Shown here: piece after piece, positions 8,583-17,605 of the stretch
How the letters are laid out: the number at the start of each line of letters is the position of its first letter
Position numbering within the stretch: position 1 is the stretch's first letter
IMG/VR virus record: IMGVR_UViG_3300048903_000225
Source of the DNA: a virus
Reading direction: 5' to 3' (one strand)
Length of the DNA stretch: 64,000 nt
Made by a program: the position numbers and the translations under genes
The notes under the pieces: generated by a model
Databases searched by the model: none
Told to the model about the DNA's origin: nothing
What the model saw: only the letters and a program-made list of their open reading frames with translations

Positions 8583-8984
8583 ATGCCGGATCTTTTCGAA
8601 ATCGCCGCGCGGAAGAAGTTCCGCTTCCCGTCCAACAAGGGGCTGCTCACCGTCGAGCAGCTCTATGACCTGCCGCTGACCGGCGCCACCAGCCTCAACT
8701 CGGTCGCCATCGCGATCGACGATGAGCTGGAGACGACCGGCCGCCGCTCGTTCGTCAGCGAGGCCTGCACCAACCCTGGCCGGCGCGAGCTGGCGCTCAA
8801 GCTCGACATCGTCAAGCACGTCATCTCGACGAAGCAGGACGAGGCCGCGGCGCGCGCCGAAGCCGCCGAGCGCAAGGAGCGCAAGCAGAAGCTGCTGGCT
8901 GCGATTGAGGCCGCCGAGGGCCGCGAGCTGGGTGCGGCGTCGTCCGCCGACCTGCGCAAGCAGCTCGCCGCGCTCGACGACTGA
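8583..8984 (+). CDS. Coiled-coil partner of preceding gene
   Basis: FEIAARKKFRFPSNKGLLTVEQLYDLPL followed by charged helices. Confidence 0.8.
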   Translation: MPDLFEIAARKKFRFPSNKGLLTVEQLYDLPLTGATSLNSVAIAIDDELETTGRRSFVSEACTNPGRRELALKLDIVKHVISTKQDEAAARAEAAERKERKQKLLAAIEAAEGRELGAASSADLRKQLAALDD

Positions 8985-9163
8985 TGGCTGGACCCTTCCA
9001 TCAGGTAGGGTCTCGCTGTGTCTATGAGGGGAGCCTAGCTTCCCTCGTAGGCCGTCCGTGTCGGATCACTAAAGCGTGGCCTGTTTGCCTTGCCCTATTC
9101 GACCACGACGGAAGGGAGCGTGTGGTTGATATTCGTCATCTTACTCCCATGAAGGATTATCTC

Positions 9164-9559
9164 ATGTCCAAGCTCTCGAACTTCAAGACCACCGTGCAGT
9201 CGGCCATCGCCGCGCTGCTCAAGCCCCTCGACGCGGACAGCGCCAAGGAGCAGGCCGTGCGCCGGCTCGGCGTCGCTTCCGAAATCGTCCGCCTCGGTGA
9301 GGCCGACAAGAAGAAGGCCAAGACCGAGCTGACCACGCTGGGGATCATCACCGGCGGCGAGCAGAACGGCGTCGTCTTCGACAGCGGCCGCTACGTGATG
9401 ACCGCGACGACCAAGGCCGCGTCCTCGCGCCTCGACGCCGCTGCGCTCGACACGGCGCTCGATGCCGAGAAGATCTCGGCCGCCGCCAAGCGCCGGATCA
9501 TCGCCGCCGCGACCGTCACCAGCAAGGCCGCGACCAGCTTCTCGGTCGAGACCAAGTAA
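9164..9559 (+). CDS. Hypothetical Ala/Lys-rich protein (frame is open back to 8984)
   Basis: AAGGA SD before ATG9164; high GC3 from this point. Confidence 0.7.
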   Translation: MSKLSNFKTTVQSAIAALLKPLDADSAKEQAVRRLGVASEIVRLGEADKKKAKTELTTLGIITGGEQNGVVFDSGRYVMTATTKAASSRLDAAALDTALDAEKISAAAKRRIIAAATVTSKAATSFSVETK

Positions 9560-9563
9560 GGAG

Positions 9564-9572
9564 TACCCGGTA
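9564..9572. promoter_or_regulatory. TACCCGGTA palindromic motif between SD and start codon
   Basis: AAGGAG-TACCCGGTA-CT-ATG; same 9-mer at 29353, 30152, 41305, 43223. Confidence 0.5.
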
Positions 9573-9574
9573 CT

Positions 9575-9781
9575 ATGGCGCGACACCCGTTTACGATGTG
9601 GCATCGGCCTGTCATCAGGGCGGGTGTCGCACAGCCAGAGCCGGTCCCGCTCGGCGAGTGGACAAAATCGTGGCATGAAGCGGTGGCTACTCTGGCCGCC
9701 GCCAATCTCGCCACCGTCATTTACAACCTCGTCGTGATTGCACCGCACGCGACGATCGAACATGAGGTGACCTATGGGTAA
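9575..9781 (+). CDS. Hypothetical protein
   Basis: SD present; 68 aa. Confidence 0.5.
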   Translation: MARHPFTMWHRPVIRAGVAQPEPVPLGEWTKSWHEAVATLAAANLATVIYNLVVIAPHATIEHEVTYG

Positions 9782-10070
9782 GAGACAGTTCAAGAAGCTC
9801 AACGAGCTGCGCGTCAAGGCCGTTGCCGGCGACGTGATGGCGCAGAAGGCGCTGGAAGCGGCGATGTTCGTGCCGCACCACCTGCGCCGCCCGGACCGCC
9901 TCGGCTCGATCCATCGCCGGATGGGCACGAGGCTCGTCCAGTCGACGCACATCACGGCCAAGACGCACAAGGCCGTGCCCTGCTACGCTTCGGTCTCGAT
10001 CAAGATCGAGGATCGCGTCGCTCGCCTCCAGATGCTCAAGGATCGGAGGGAACGCCGTGAAGCTCTCTGA
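9774..10070 (+). CDS. Basic hypothetical protein
   Basis: GAGG SD; 98 aa. Confidence 0.6.
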   Translation: MGKRQFKKLNELRVKAVAGDVMAQKALEAAMFVPHHLRRPDRLGSIHRRMGTRLVQSTHITAKTHKAVPCYASVSIKIEDRVARLQMLKDRRERREAL

Positions 10071-10416
10071 CAGCTGCACCCTCGACGCCGGCTGGCCGAA
10101 GCTGCCCGGCGCGGACATCGCGGCCAGGATGCGCGATGCCATGCGCGCCGAGCATTGCGTGGCCTTCGCCTACGACGGCAAGTACCGTCTGGTCGAGGTC
10201 CACGCGATCGGTCGCTCGCCCAAGGACGGCTCGCTGGTGATGCGGGGCCTCCAGATCAGCGGCGAGGCCTCGCGGCCGCTGCCGCAGTGGACGCTCTTCA
10301 CCGTGGCGAAGATGGAGGGCTTCGACGAAGTGCCGCAGCACTCCAAGGCGCCGCGCGAGGGCTACGCGATGGGCGACAAGCAGATGGCGCCCGTCCTCAC
10401 CGAGCTGGCCTTGTGA
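10057..10416 (+). CDS. Stand-alone WYL-domain protein
   Basis: AMRAEHCVAFAYDGKYRLVEVHAIG...MRGLQ...WTLFTVAKMEGF matches WYL pattern; no HTH. Confidence 0.7.
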   Translation: MKLSDSCTLDAGWPKLPGADIAARMRDAMRAEHCVAFAYDGKYRLVEVHAIGRSPKDGSLVMRGLQISGEASRPLPQWTLFTVAKMEGFDEVPQHSKAPREGYAMGDKQMAPVLTELAL

Positions 10417-10595
10417 GCTACAAGCAGCCCTCTCGGCATCTGCGCAACATCTTCCGGCTCAACAGGGTTGGGCCGGAAGAAATCCCTGTCCTGATCGACT
10501 CGATGATCGACAAGGACTTCGATTACGTCCCCAACCACAAGGCCTTCACAAGCGAAGGCCTCGATTATTTCCACCGTCCCCTCCACCTCCAATAG
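10413..10595 (+). CDS. Small hypothetical protein
   Basis: GTGA overlap; 60 aa. Confidence 0.5.
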   Translation: MSYKQPSRHLRNIFRLNRVGPEEIPVLIDSMIDKDFDYVPNHKAFTSEGLDYFHRPLHLQ

Positions 10596-10606
10596 GAGCA
10601 TCCACC

Positions 10607-12676
10607 ATGCGCGTTGAAAATGTGAAGCGCGAAGTCACCGGCTCGACGACGATGCAGGTCGCCAAGGCGACCATCAAGGCGACGCCGAAGATCTTCGACA
10701 TGTTCGCCAACGACACCTACGCCAACAAGCCGCTCGCGATCATGCGCGAGCTGGTCGCCAACGGCATCGACGCCCACGTCGCCGCCGGCCGTGCCGATCG
10801 CCCGGTCGAGGTAGTCATGCCGACGTCGCTCGATCCGACCTGCCGCATCCGCGACTTCGGCACCGGCATGGCGCACGACTTCGTGATGGGGCCGTTCATG
10901 GCCTATACCGACGGCTCGACCAAGGACAAGGACGACGGCGCGATCGGCGGCTTCGGCATTGGCTCCAAGTCGCCGTTCGCCTATGTCGACCAGTACACGC
11001 TCCGCGTCGTCCATCAGGGCGTCCTGTCGATCTACACCATGTTCAAGGACGAGGACGGAATCCCCGCGATCGGCCTGCAGGCGCAGACGACGACCGACGA
11101 GCATGACGGTGTCGAGGTCAGCTTCCCGGTCGAGGACGCCGACATGCAGACGTTCCGTGACGCAGCGCAGGAAGCCCTCCAGTATTTCCGGCCGCTGCCG
11201 ATCGTCGAGGGTGGCGTGATCAATCCGCCGGAATATACCTACACCGGCGCGAGCTGGGCGATGCGGCCGAAGGCCGGCCCGCTCGGCATCATCATGGGCG
11301 GCGTCCGCTATCCGGCGGCGACGGCCAGCTTCTCTTGGGACTTGCGCAACGACAAGCGCTTGGCGCCGCTGCTCGAATATGGCCTCGACCTGACGATGCC
11401 GATCGGCTCGTGCGGCGTGGCGATGTCACGCGAGCAGCTCTCCTACATCCCCAAGACGTCGGAGAACGTCAAGAAGGCCCTCGAAGGCGTGATCGACGAC
11501 GTCGTCGCCACGTTCTCGACCTTCTTCGACAACTGCGACACCGAGTGGGAGGCGATGAAGCTGCTGGCCGACGAGACCGGCCTCGACAGCTACGCCCGCA
11601 CCGGCCGCGCCCAGCTGCTCATGGCGAACGCCAAGTACAAGGGCGTGAAGCTGGAGACCAGCTTCCGTCTGACCGACATGCCCGACACCCGTGCGTGGAT
11701 GATCGAGCCGCGTCAGAGCCGGCGCGGTCAGCGAGTGCCGCCGGCCAAGTGGGGTGGCCTGTCCGACATGTACGGCATCACGCCGGGTCGGATCGAGGAG
11801 GTCATCATCGACGATCTCCCGCAGTCGCCGAAGTCCAAGACGATGGCTCGCATCCGTGAGTATTGCGAGAGCCAGCCGCAGGTGAAGCAAATCCTCGTCA
11901 TCCGTGGCAAGGACGAGCATCAGACGAAGTTCCTCGTCGACCTGCTCAAGGGACCGAAGGATTACACCCTGACTTCCTCGCTGCCTGAGCCGGCCGCCGC
12001 TGTGCGCGGTCCGAAGGCGGTCCGCCCGCGTGTCCGCATGTTCGGCTTCAACGGCGGTCGCGATCGGTTCACGCACTCGAAGATTTCGAACCTGACGCCG
12101 TCGAACAGCAAGTCTGACGCCGTCCACGAGATCAAGTATGCTGACCAGCCGGCCACCGGTATCATGGTCGTCATGGATGCGTTCGACCTGCCGTCGGGCT
12201 TCTACGACAAGATGGAGAGCGGTCTCGTCCAGTACAGCGAGCTGTCCTTCATCAACAAGGCCGACGAGAGCAAGCTCAAGGCCACCTTCGAGCGCTTCGA
12301 CGACGTGTTTGCCAAGCGGCTCGCTGCCGCTCTGGCCGGCGCGGCGGACTTGCCGCAGCGCATCGCGCTGTCGAAAGACCCCCACATCAGCAAGTACACG
12401 CCTGCCTTCCGGCAGCTGTTCTACAGCCGGCTCACGTCGGCGCAGAAGCAGCGGCCGTTCGGCCAGCTGTTCAGCTTGTGGTATGAATATGTGCGGCCGC
12501 TCACCAACGACCAGCTCAAGCTGGCGCCGTTCGTGACCCCCGCACTCCCGAGAGGTGTGAACCCGCTGGCAATTGCCCAGCGCTTCACGAGCCAGCAGCC
12601 GGACGCGGTGATCCTGCACGAGGTCTTGGACCTCGACAAGAGCGCTCACGTCACGCTGTTCATGAAGAACCTGTAG
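10607..12676 (+). CDS. rIIA: rIIA-like protein (GHKL ATPase)
   Basis: YANKPLAIMRELVANGIDAH, RIRDFGTGM, GGFGIGSKSPFAY, GVEV; immediately upstream of rIIB. Confidence 0.9.
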   Translation: MRVENVKREVTGSTTMQVAKATIKATPKIFDMFANDTYANKPLAIMRELVANGIDAHVAAGRADRPVEVVMPTSLDPTCRIRDFGTGMAHDFVMGPFMAYTDGSTKDKDDGAIGGFGIGSKSPFAYVDQYTLRVVHQGVLSIYTMFKDEDGIPAIGLQAQTTTDEHDGVEVSFPVEDADMQTFRDAAQEALQYFRPLPIVEGGVINPPEYTYTGASWAMRPKAGPLGIIMGGVRYPAATASFSWDLRNDKRLAPLLEYGLDLTMPIGSCGVAMSREQLSYIPKTSENVKKALEGVIDDVVATFSTFFDNCDTEWEAMKLLADETGLDSYARTGRAQLLMANAKYKGVKLETSFRLTDMPDTRAWMIEPRQSRRGQRVPPAKWGGLSDMYGITPGRIEEVIIDDLPQSPKSKTMARIREYCESQPQVKQILVIRGKDEHQTKFLVDLLKGPKDYTLTSSLPEPAAAVRGPKAVRPRVRMFGFNGGRDRFTHSKISNLTPSNSKSDAVHEIKYADQPATGIMVVMDAFDLPSGFYDKMESGLVQYSELSFINKADESKLKATFERFDDVFAKRLAAALAGAADLPQRIALSKDPHISKYTPAFRQLFYSRLTSAQKQRPFGQLFSLWYEYVRPLTNDQLKLAPFVTPALPRGVNPLAIAQRFTSQQPDAVILHEVLDLDKSAHVTLFMKNL

Positions 12677-12738
12677 ACCTCGTCTGCAGGGTAGAGTAAG
12701 CGTAGCAGACCGAACTGAACCTGAACTGGAGAACTGAA

Positions 12739-13752
12739 ATGGGTATCCCCTACACGAAGACCGCCACGTCCCTCTCGCTGGTCGTGGACTTCCGCCCGAC
12801 GGTCATCCCGTCGTCCCACCCGAACTTCGCCAAGCTGGTCGAGCTGGTGAAGGATCCGAACACCACCGATCGTGACGTGAAGCCGCTGCTGGACATTCCG
12901 GCCGCGATCAACACGTTCACCGGTGGCAACGTCACTGTCGTCAACGGCCGCCTGTTCTATCGCGGTTTCGAGGTGACGGGCAACCTCGCGTCGGTCATCC
13001 TCGGCTTCGTCAAGGAAGGCGACACCGAGGCGGCGAAGCCCTTCGAGCGGTTCCTCGAAAAGGCGTTCCAGAACCCCGACCCGCGCGCCGCGCAGGGCCT
13101 GTACGACTGGGTCGTGGCCGGTGGCCTCCCCATCACGCCGGACGGCGACATCCTCGCGTGGAAGGCCGTGCAGGACGACTATTACTCGATCCGCGCCGGT
13201 CGTCGCGGCAAGCTGCGTCACCGCATCGGCGACGTGGTGGAGGAGCCGCGTCACGAGACCGACTCGAACCCGGATCAGACCTGCTCGGTCGGCATCCACT
13301 TCTGCTCGGTCGAGTACCTCAAGAACGGCGGCTATGCGTCGGGCGGTTCGCGTATCATGGCCGTCACCATCAGCCCGACCGACGTCGTCGCCTTCCCGAA
13401 GGACTACAAGCTGTCCAAGGGTCGGTGCTGCAAGCTGACCGTCGTCGGCGAAGTGCCGATGGCGCAGGTTCCGGAATACTATTCCGGCGCCCGCAAGGTC
13501 TACAGCGGCTGGTCGGCGCCGGCTCCCGTGTCGCCTCCGGTGAAGCGCACGCCGCGCAACACCTACGGCTTCGCGGTCGGCCAAGTCTGGGCGGCGCGTA
13601 ACGGTGATCGGGTGACGATCTCGTCCGTCTCCCGCAGCGGTTCCTACCCGGTCAAGGGTGGCACCGCCGTCTACACGGCGAGCGGCCGGTTCAACAGCGA
13701 GTCCTCGGTCTCGCAGTTCGACCTCGTCCGCCTCGTCACCGACGTCGCGTAA
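12739..13752 (+). CDS. rIIB: rIIB-like protein
   Basis: FLEKAFQNP...LYDWV...PITPDGDILAWKAV...VEEPR...CSVGIHF...DVVAFPKDY..KGRCCKLTVV. Confidence 0.9.
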   Translation: MGIPYTKTATSLSLVVDFRPTVIPSSHPNFAKLVELVKDPNTTDRDVKPLLDIPAAINTFTGGNVTVVNGRLFYRGFEVTGNLASVILGFVKEGDTEAAKPFERFLEKAFQNPDPRAAQGLYDWVVAGGLPITPDGDILAWKAVQDDYYSIRAGRRGKLRHRIGDVVEEPRHETDSNPDQTCSVGIHFCSVEYLKNGGYASGGSRIMAVTISPTDVVAFPKDYKLSKGRCCKLTVVGEVPMAQVPEYYSGARKVYSGWSAPAPVSPPVKRTPRNTYGFAVGQVWAARNGDRVTISSVSRSGSYPVKGGTAVYTASGRFNSESSVSQFDLVRLVTDVA

Positions 13753-13763
13753 GGTGTGACATT

Positions 13764-13793
13764 TCCTCGGACCTTGGCGACAAGGTCCGAGGA
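13764..13793 (+). terminator. 13-bp perfect hairpin (GCGA loop) after rIIB; terminator or processing stem
   Basis: TCCTCGGACCTTG-GCGA-CAAGGTCCGAGGA then TTTG; weak U-tract. Confidence 0.5.
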
Positions 13794-13812
13794 TTTGTAT
13801 CTGGAGAACAAT

Positions 13813-14064
13813 ATGCCAACAGTTGATCTCTCGCGGCGCGATATTGGCCGCCTGCTTGTTGGCGTCCGCGAGCGTCTCAGGAAGCTCGATCGGGGTCTTA
13901 GCAAATTCGGCGACAACTTCGACCCGTCGCTCGGCGCCAACATGACGGAGGCCCGCGAGGCCTACAGTCGCATCGAAACGGTCCTCAAGGAGGCGATCCG
14001 TGAAGAAAACGATCATCCACGTCGCGCAGGACGCGATCCGGCGCAACGCCAAGCTCGGCACTGA
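13813..14064 (+). CDS. Hypothetical protein
   Basis: GGAGA SD before ATG13813. Confidence 0.6.
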   Translation: MPTVDLSRRDIGRLLVGVRERLRKLDRGLSKFGDNFDPSLGANMTEAREAYSRIETVLKEAIREENDHPRRAGRDPAQRQARH

Positions 14065-14335
14065 CGAGCCGGCAATCATCGTCCGTCGTGGCAACAAGGC
14101 CACGCGGCACGGTGAGATCAAGCTGATGCACAAGGGCGAGGTAGTGGGCGTGTTCCACTACCAACCCCGCAACCCGCTGCCCTGCGGCGCCCGCGTGTGG
14201 CTCGAACTCGGCAAGGACGTCATCGCGTTCGAGGAAGAGGACGAGAAGCCCTGCGAGACCTGCGGCGGCACCCAGCTCATTCAGGCCGACCCCTACAACT
14301 TCGGGACGCCGGTCAGGTGCGGAGACTGCACATGA
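14000..14335 (+). CDS. Hypothetical protein with C-terminal CxxC...CxxC zinc motif
   Basis: IIHVAQDAIRRNAK...PLPCGARVW; CETC and CGDC. Confidence 0.7.
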   Translation: MKKTIIHVAQDAIRRNAKLGTDEPAIIVRRGNKATRHGEIKLMHKGEVVGVFHYQPRNPLPCGARVWLELGKDVIAFEEEDEKPCETCGGTQLIQADPYNFGTPVRCGDCT

Positions 14336-14550
14336 GCGACTTCCTGACCTACGAGGTCCGCTTCGGCCGTTCGATCTATGACGTGAGGGGTCACCCTCCG
14401 CTGGCGATCGACACCACCACGGTCGCCGTGCCCAACGTCAAGAATGCTCGCGGCATGGCGAAATATGCTGCTGCGGTCCAGCTCTACGGACGTCACCACG
14501 CAATATTCAAGTGCTGGTATCGATTCCTCGGAGCGAGGAGGGTCGGATGA
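14332..14550 (+). CDS. Hypothetical protein
   Basis: ATGA overlaps. Confidence 0.55.
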   Translation: MSDFLTYEVRFGRSIYDVRGHPPLAIDTTTVAVPNVKNARGMAKYAAAVQLYGRHHAIFKCWYRFLGARRVG

Positions 14551-14744
14551 CGCTTTGGCTCCCCGAGAAGAAAGGCGAGCGCCTGTTTCGCGTCGTCCAA
14601 CTCGACGGCACGGAGGACATCGTGTCCGCCCGCAGCCACACGGCGGCCAAATTGAAGGCCGCCAAATTCGGCATTCCGACGAATTGCCAATGGTTTCATA
14701 TACCTGCGGTGAAGTCGTGCCGACTGGTGAAAGGAGTCTACTGA
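14547..14744 (+). CDS. Hypothetical protein
   Basis: GAGGAGG SD. Confidence 0.55.
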   Translation: MTLWLPEKKGERLFRVVQLDGTEDIVSARSHTAAKLKAAKFGIPTNCQWFHIPAVKSCRLVKGVY

Positions 14745-15397
14745 TGAGAGTGCTCATTGCTTGCGAGTATTCCGGGCGCACCCGTCAGGCGTTCGCCGCG
14801 CGCGGACACCACGTCATCAGCTGCGACCTGCTGCCGGCCGAGGACAACTCGCTTGATCACGTCGTCGGCGACGTCTTCGACGTCATCCGCGACTACGGCC
14901 CGTTCGATCTGATGATCGCGCACCCGCCCTGCACCTATCTCGCCAATAGCGGCGTCCGGTGGTTGCGCGATGATAGCGTCGCTGGAGGCTTCAATGTTCA
15001 GCGCTATGTGCAGATGATTGCGGCTGGTCAGTTCTTCGCCGACCTATTGATGGCGAACATTCCACGCATCGCTGTCGAGAACCCGATTATGCACCAGCAT
15101 GGTCGTGACGTGATCAATGCCAATCTCTCGCGCTACAGCAACGTCGCGGTCTCCGGCCCGCACTATGTCCAGCCGTGGTGGTTCGGCGACGAGGCCTTCA
15201 AAGCGACCGGTTTCACCCTCAAGGGCCTGCAGCCGCTCGTCAAGCCGGCCGACGCGCTGGTCCCGCCCAAGCCGGGCACGCCGGAGCATAAGGCGTGGTC
15301 GGTCATTCACAACGCCTCGCCGGGGCCGAACCGCTGGAAGGATCGCAGTCGCACCTTCCCCGGCATCGCGAGAGCTATGGCGGAGCAGTGGGGATGA
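14744..15397 (+). CDS. Compact phage DNA (cytosine-5)-methyltransferase-like protein
   Basis: RVLIACEYSG, SCD, catalytic HPPC (motif IV), IAVENP (motif VI), RSRTFPGIARAMAEQWG. Confidence 0.75.
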   Translation: MRVLIACEYSGRTRQAFAARGHHVISCDLLPAEDNSLDHVVGDVFDVIRDYGPFDLMIAHPPCTYLANSGVRWLRDDSVAGGFNVQRYVQMIAAGQFFADLLMANIPRIAVENPIMHQHGRDVINANLSRYSNVAVSGPHYVQPWWFGDEAFKATGFTLKGLQPLVKPADALVPPKPGTPEHKAWSVIHNASPGPNRWKDRSRTFPGIARAMAEQWG

Positions 15398-15534
15398 AGA
15401 TTATCTGGGATAAGGGCACTCACCTGATGGTCGAGGAGACCAACTGGCAGGGGAAGCTCAAGCGTAGGCGGATCAACCGCTTCCTCTGCATCGGCGGCCC
15501 CACCACGGCCTTTATCGCGCCCGGTTCGAGCTGA
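15394..15534 (+). CDS. Small hypothetical protein
   Basis: ATGA overlap. Confidence 0.45.
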   Translation: MKIIWDKGTHLMVEETNWQGKLKRRRINRFLCIGGPTTAFIAPGSS

Positions 15535-15635
15535 TGGCCGAGCCGGAGAACTGGAAGCATTACGCGGAGTTCAACAATGCGGGGATTTCGGCCCATTCGG
15601 CCATCTTCGTGTGGATGAAGGAGTTCGAGGAATGA
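15534..15635 (+). CDS. Micro-ORF (33 aa)
   Basis: TGATG and ATGA coupling on both sides. Confidence 0.4.
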   Translation: MAEPENWKHYAEFNNAGISAHSAIFVWMKEFEE

Positions 15636-16150
15636 AGTTCTATGTCACCGTCGAATATCTTCGTGCAGACGGCACGAGCCACGATCGCGTGTTCGAGATC
15701 GACCGCTGTTCCGCCAGCGCGGCCGCCAACGCCGGCCGGATGCGCTTCAAGGCGGACGATCGTCACCGCAACAGCTCGATCAGTCGGGTGCGCGCCACGC
15801 CGGCCGTGCCGACACCGACGGTCAAGGTCTACGAACCGGACCTGATCCGTAACGGCGACCGCATCACGGTGCCGATCACCGGCACGGTCGAGCTGGAGAC
15901 TGGCGGCACCTGCATTCTCACTGGCACGCACGGCGCGCGCATCCGGCTCAATGCCCAGCAGGTCGAACGGCACACCGGCCGCCGCCTCGCGCCGGTCGAG
16001 CGTGTCGAATACTGGTCGGTGTATCCGAACGGCAACGTCTATCAGAGCGATCGGCGGATCAAGAACAGCCAGTATGACCTCGACACCGAGATCGTCCAGA
16101 TCAAGGTCATGAAGGTCAACGGCAAGATCGTTCGGAAGGAGTTCGTGTGA
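15632..16150 (+). CDS. Hypothetical protein
   Basis: GAGG SD; high GC3. Confidence 0.7.
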   Translation: MKFYVTVEYLRADGTSHDRVFEIDRCSASAAANAGRMRFKADDRHRNSSISRVRATPAVPTPTVKVYEPDLIRNGDRITVPITGTVELETGGTCILTGTHGARIRLNAQQVERHTGRRLAPVERVEYWSVYPNGNVYQSDRRIKNSQYDLDTEIVQIKVMKVNGKIVRKEFV

Positions 16151-16410
16151 TGGAAGGCAAGTTCCTCGGCAAGATCAAGACCAGCTGGTTCGGCTTTCGT
16201 GACAACGACCCGAGCCAAGATCTTGGTCTGACGGTCGATCTCCAGTTCGGCAGCGGCGGCGCGGGCGATTTCGTCGATCTCTCTGGCGTTCGCAAGCTCA
16301 TGCGCGATGCCGGGATCACCGACGTGACGAAGCTGCTCGGCAAGCCGATCGAGGTGAGCGTCAAGGGCAACGTGCTCCAGAGCTGGCGCATTCTCACCGA
16401 AGTGCTCTAA
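16147..16410 (+). CDS. Hypothetical protein
   Basis: GTGA overlap; 87 aa. Confidence 0.7.
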   Translation: MMEGKFLGKIKTSWFGFRDNDPSQDLGLTVDLQFGSGGAGDFVDLSGVRKLMRDAGITDVTKLLGKPIEVSVKGNVLQSWRILTEVL

Positions 16411-16466
16411 AATCCCGAAAAAATTTTTGCGGGAAATTAGGCCGTTTTTCAAAAAGGCGAAAAGTT
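16411..16466. promoter_or_regulatory. AT-rich intergenic segment with two inverted repeats
   Basis: TCCCG-AAAAAATTTTT-GCGGGA and GCC-GTTTTTC-AAAAA-GGC. Confidence 0.5.
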
Positions 16467-17603
16467 ATGGCGGAAATTCAATTTGAACTCGTCGGTGACG
16501 GCAGTCCTGCCGTCTACCACGGTCCCCTCCTTTACAAGCTGGACAGCCTCGGCAAGCTGCGGACGTGGCGTATGGAGCTGCTCGATGACGGGCGCTACGC
16601 CACCCTCGCCGGCCTGGCCGACGGCAAGCAGGCGCGCAGCGCCTACACCACGCCGGTGCCGGCCTCCAAGCCGACGCAGAAGGAGCAGGGCGAGTTCGAG
16701 GTGCGCAGCGCCTACAAGCACCAGCTCGATCGCGAGTATCACGACAGCCCCGACACCGTCGGCACGGCGAAGATGGTCGAGCCGATGCTCGCCAAGACCT
16801 ACGACAAGTGGCCGGGGATCGGTTACGCCCAGCCGAAGCTGGACGGCATCCGCTGCATCATGGACGCCAACGGCATGTGGACTCGCCAAGGTCAGCCGAT
16901 TACGGCTGTCCCGCATCTCCACGCCTATCTGGCGCCGCTGTTCGAGGCCGATCCCGACCTGATCCTCGACGGCGAGCTATACAACCACGATCTGCGCGAG
17001 GATTTCGGTGCGATTAGCTCGATCGTGCGGAAGAAGAACCCGACCGCAGATGATCTGGTTAAGGCCGAGGCCGTCATGCAGTACCATGTCTATGACATCG
17101 TCGATCCGGCGACGTCGTTCGTGGATCGCAACAAGCGCCTCAAGGATCTCCTGATCCCGCTGCAGGGCTGGGCAGTGATCGTTCCGACGCGGGTCTGCCT
17201 CACCGAGGCCGAAGCGGACGAGGCCTACGGCGAGTTCGTCTCGCTCGGCTACGAGGGCGGCATGTACCGGCTCGACAAGCCCTACGAGCTGGGCCGGCGC
17301 TCGAAGGCGCTGCTCAAGCGCAAGGACTTCATCACCGAGGAGTTCCCGGTGGTGCATATCGAGGAAGGCAACGGCAACTGGGCCGGCGCCGCCAAGCGCT
17401 TCACGCTGGAGCTTCCGGACGGCCGTCATTTCGGCGCCGGCGTGCGCGGCAGCTACGCTCAGATGGCAGAGCTGCTCAAGCGCTACGACCCAGCGGCCGT
17501 GCCGCAGCCGGTGGCGACGCTGCGCTATTTCATGCTGTCGCCGGACGGCGTACCCCGCTTTCCGGTCGTCATCGACTTCCATCCTTTTGGGCGTAAGGAC
17601 TAG
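16467..17603 (+). CDS. ATP-dependent DNA ligase
   Basis: QPKLDGIRC (motif I), LDGELY, YHVYDI, YEGGMYR, LLKRK, C-terminal OB fold RFPV. Confidence 0.95.
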   Translation: MAEIQFELVGDGSPAVYHGPLLYKLDSLGKLRTWRMELLDDGRYATLAGLADGKQARSAYTTPVPASKPTQKEQGEFEVRSAYKHQLDREYHDSPDTVGTAKMVEPMLAKTYDKWPGIGYAQPKLDGIRCIMDANGMWTRQGQPITAVPHLHAYLAPLFEADPDLILDGELYNHDLREDFGAISSIVRKKNPTADDLVKAEAVMQYHVYDIVDPATSFVDRNKRLKDLLIPLQGWAVIVPTRVCLTEAEADEAYGEFVSLGYEGGMYRLDKPYELGRRSKALLKRKDFITEEFPVVHIEEGNGNWAGAAKRFTLELPDGRHFGAGVRGSYAQMAELLKRYDPAAVPQPVATLRYFMLSPDGVPRFPVVIDFHPFGRKD

Positions 17604-17605
17604 CC

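Noticed and set aside
12708-12738. Short GAACTG-like tandem repeats before rIIB
   Set aside because: Four imperfect 6-7-mers around the SD, not seen elsewhere; too weak to call an iteron or operator.
10607-13752. N4-like or T4-like assignment based on rIIA/rIIB
   Set aside because: rII genes are widespread; the tail is lambda-type with a long tape measure and no virion RNA polymerase or sheath gene is in view.
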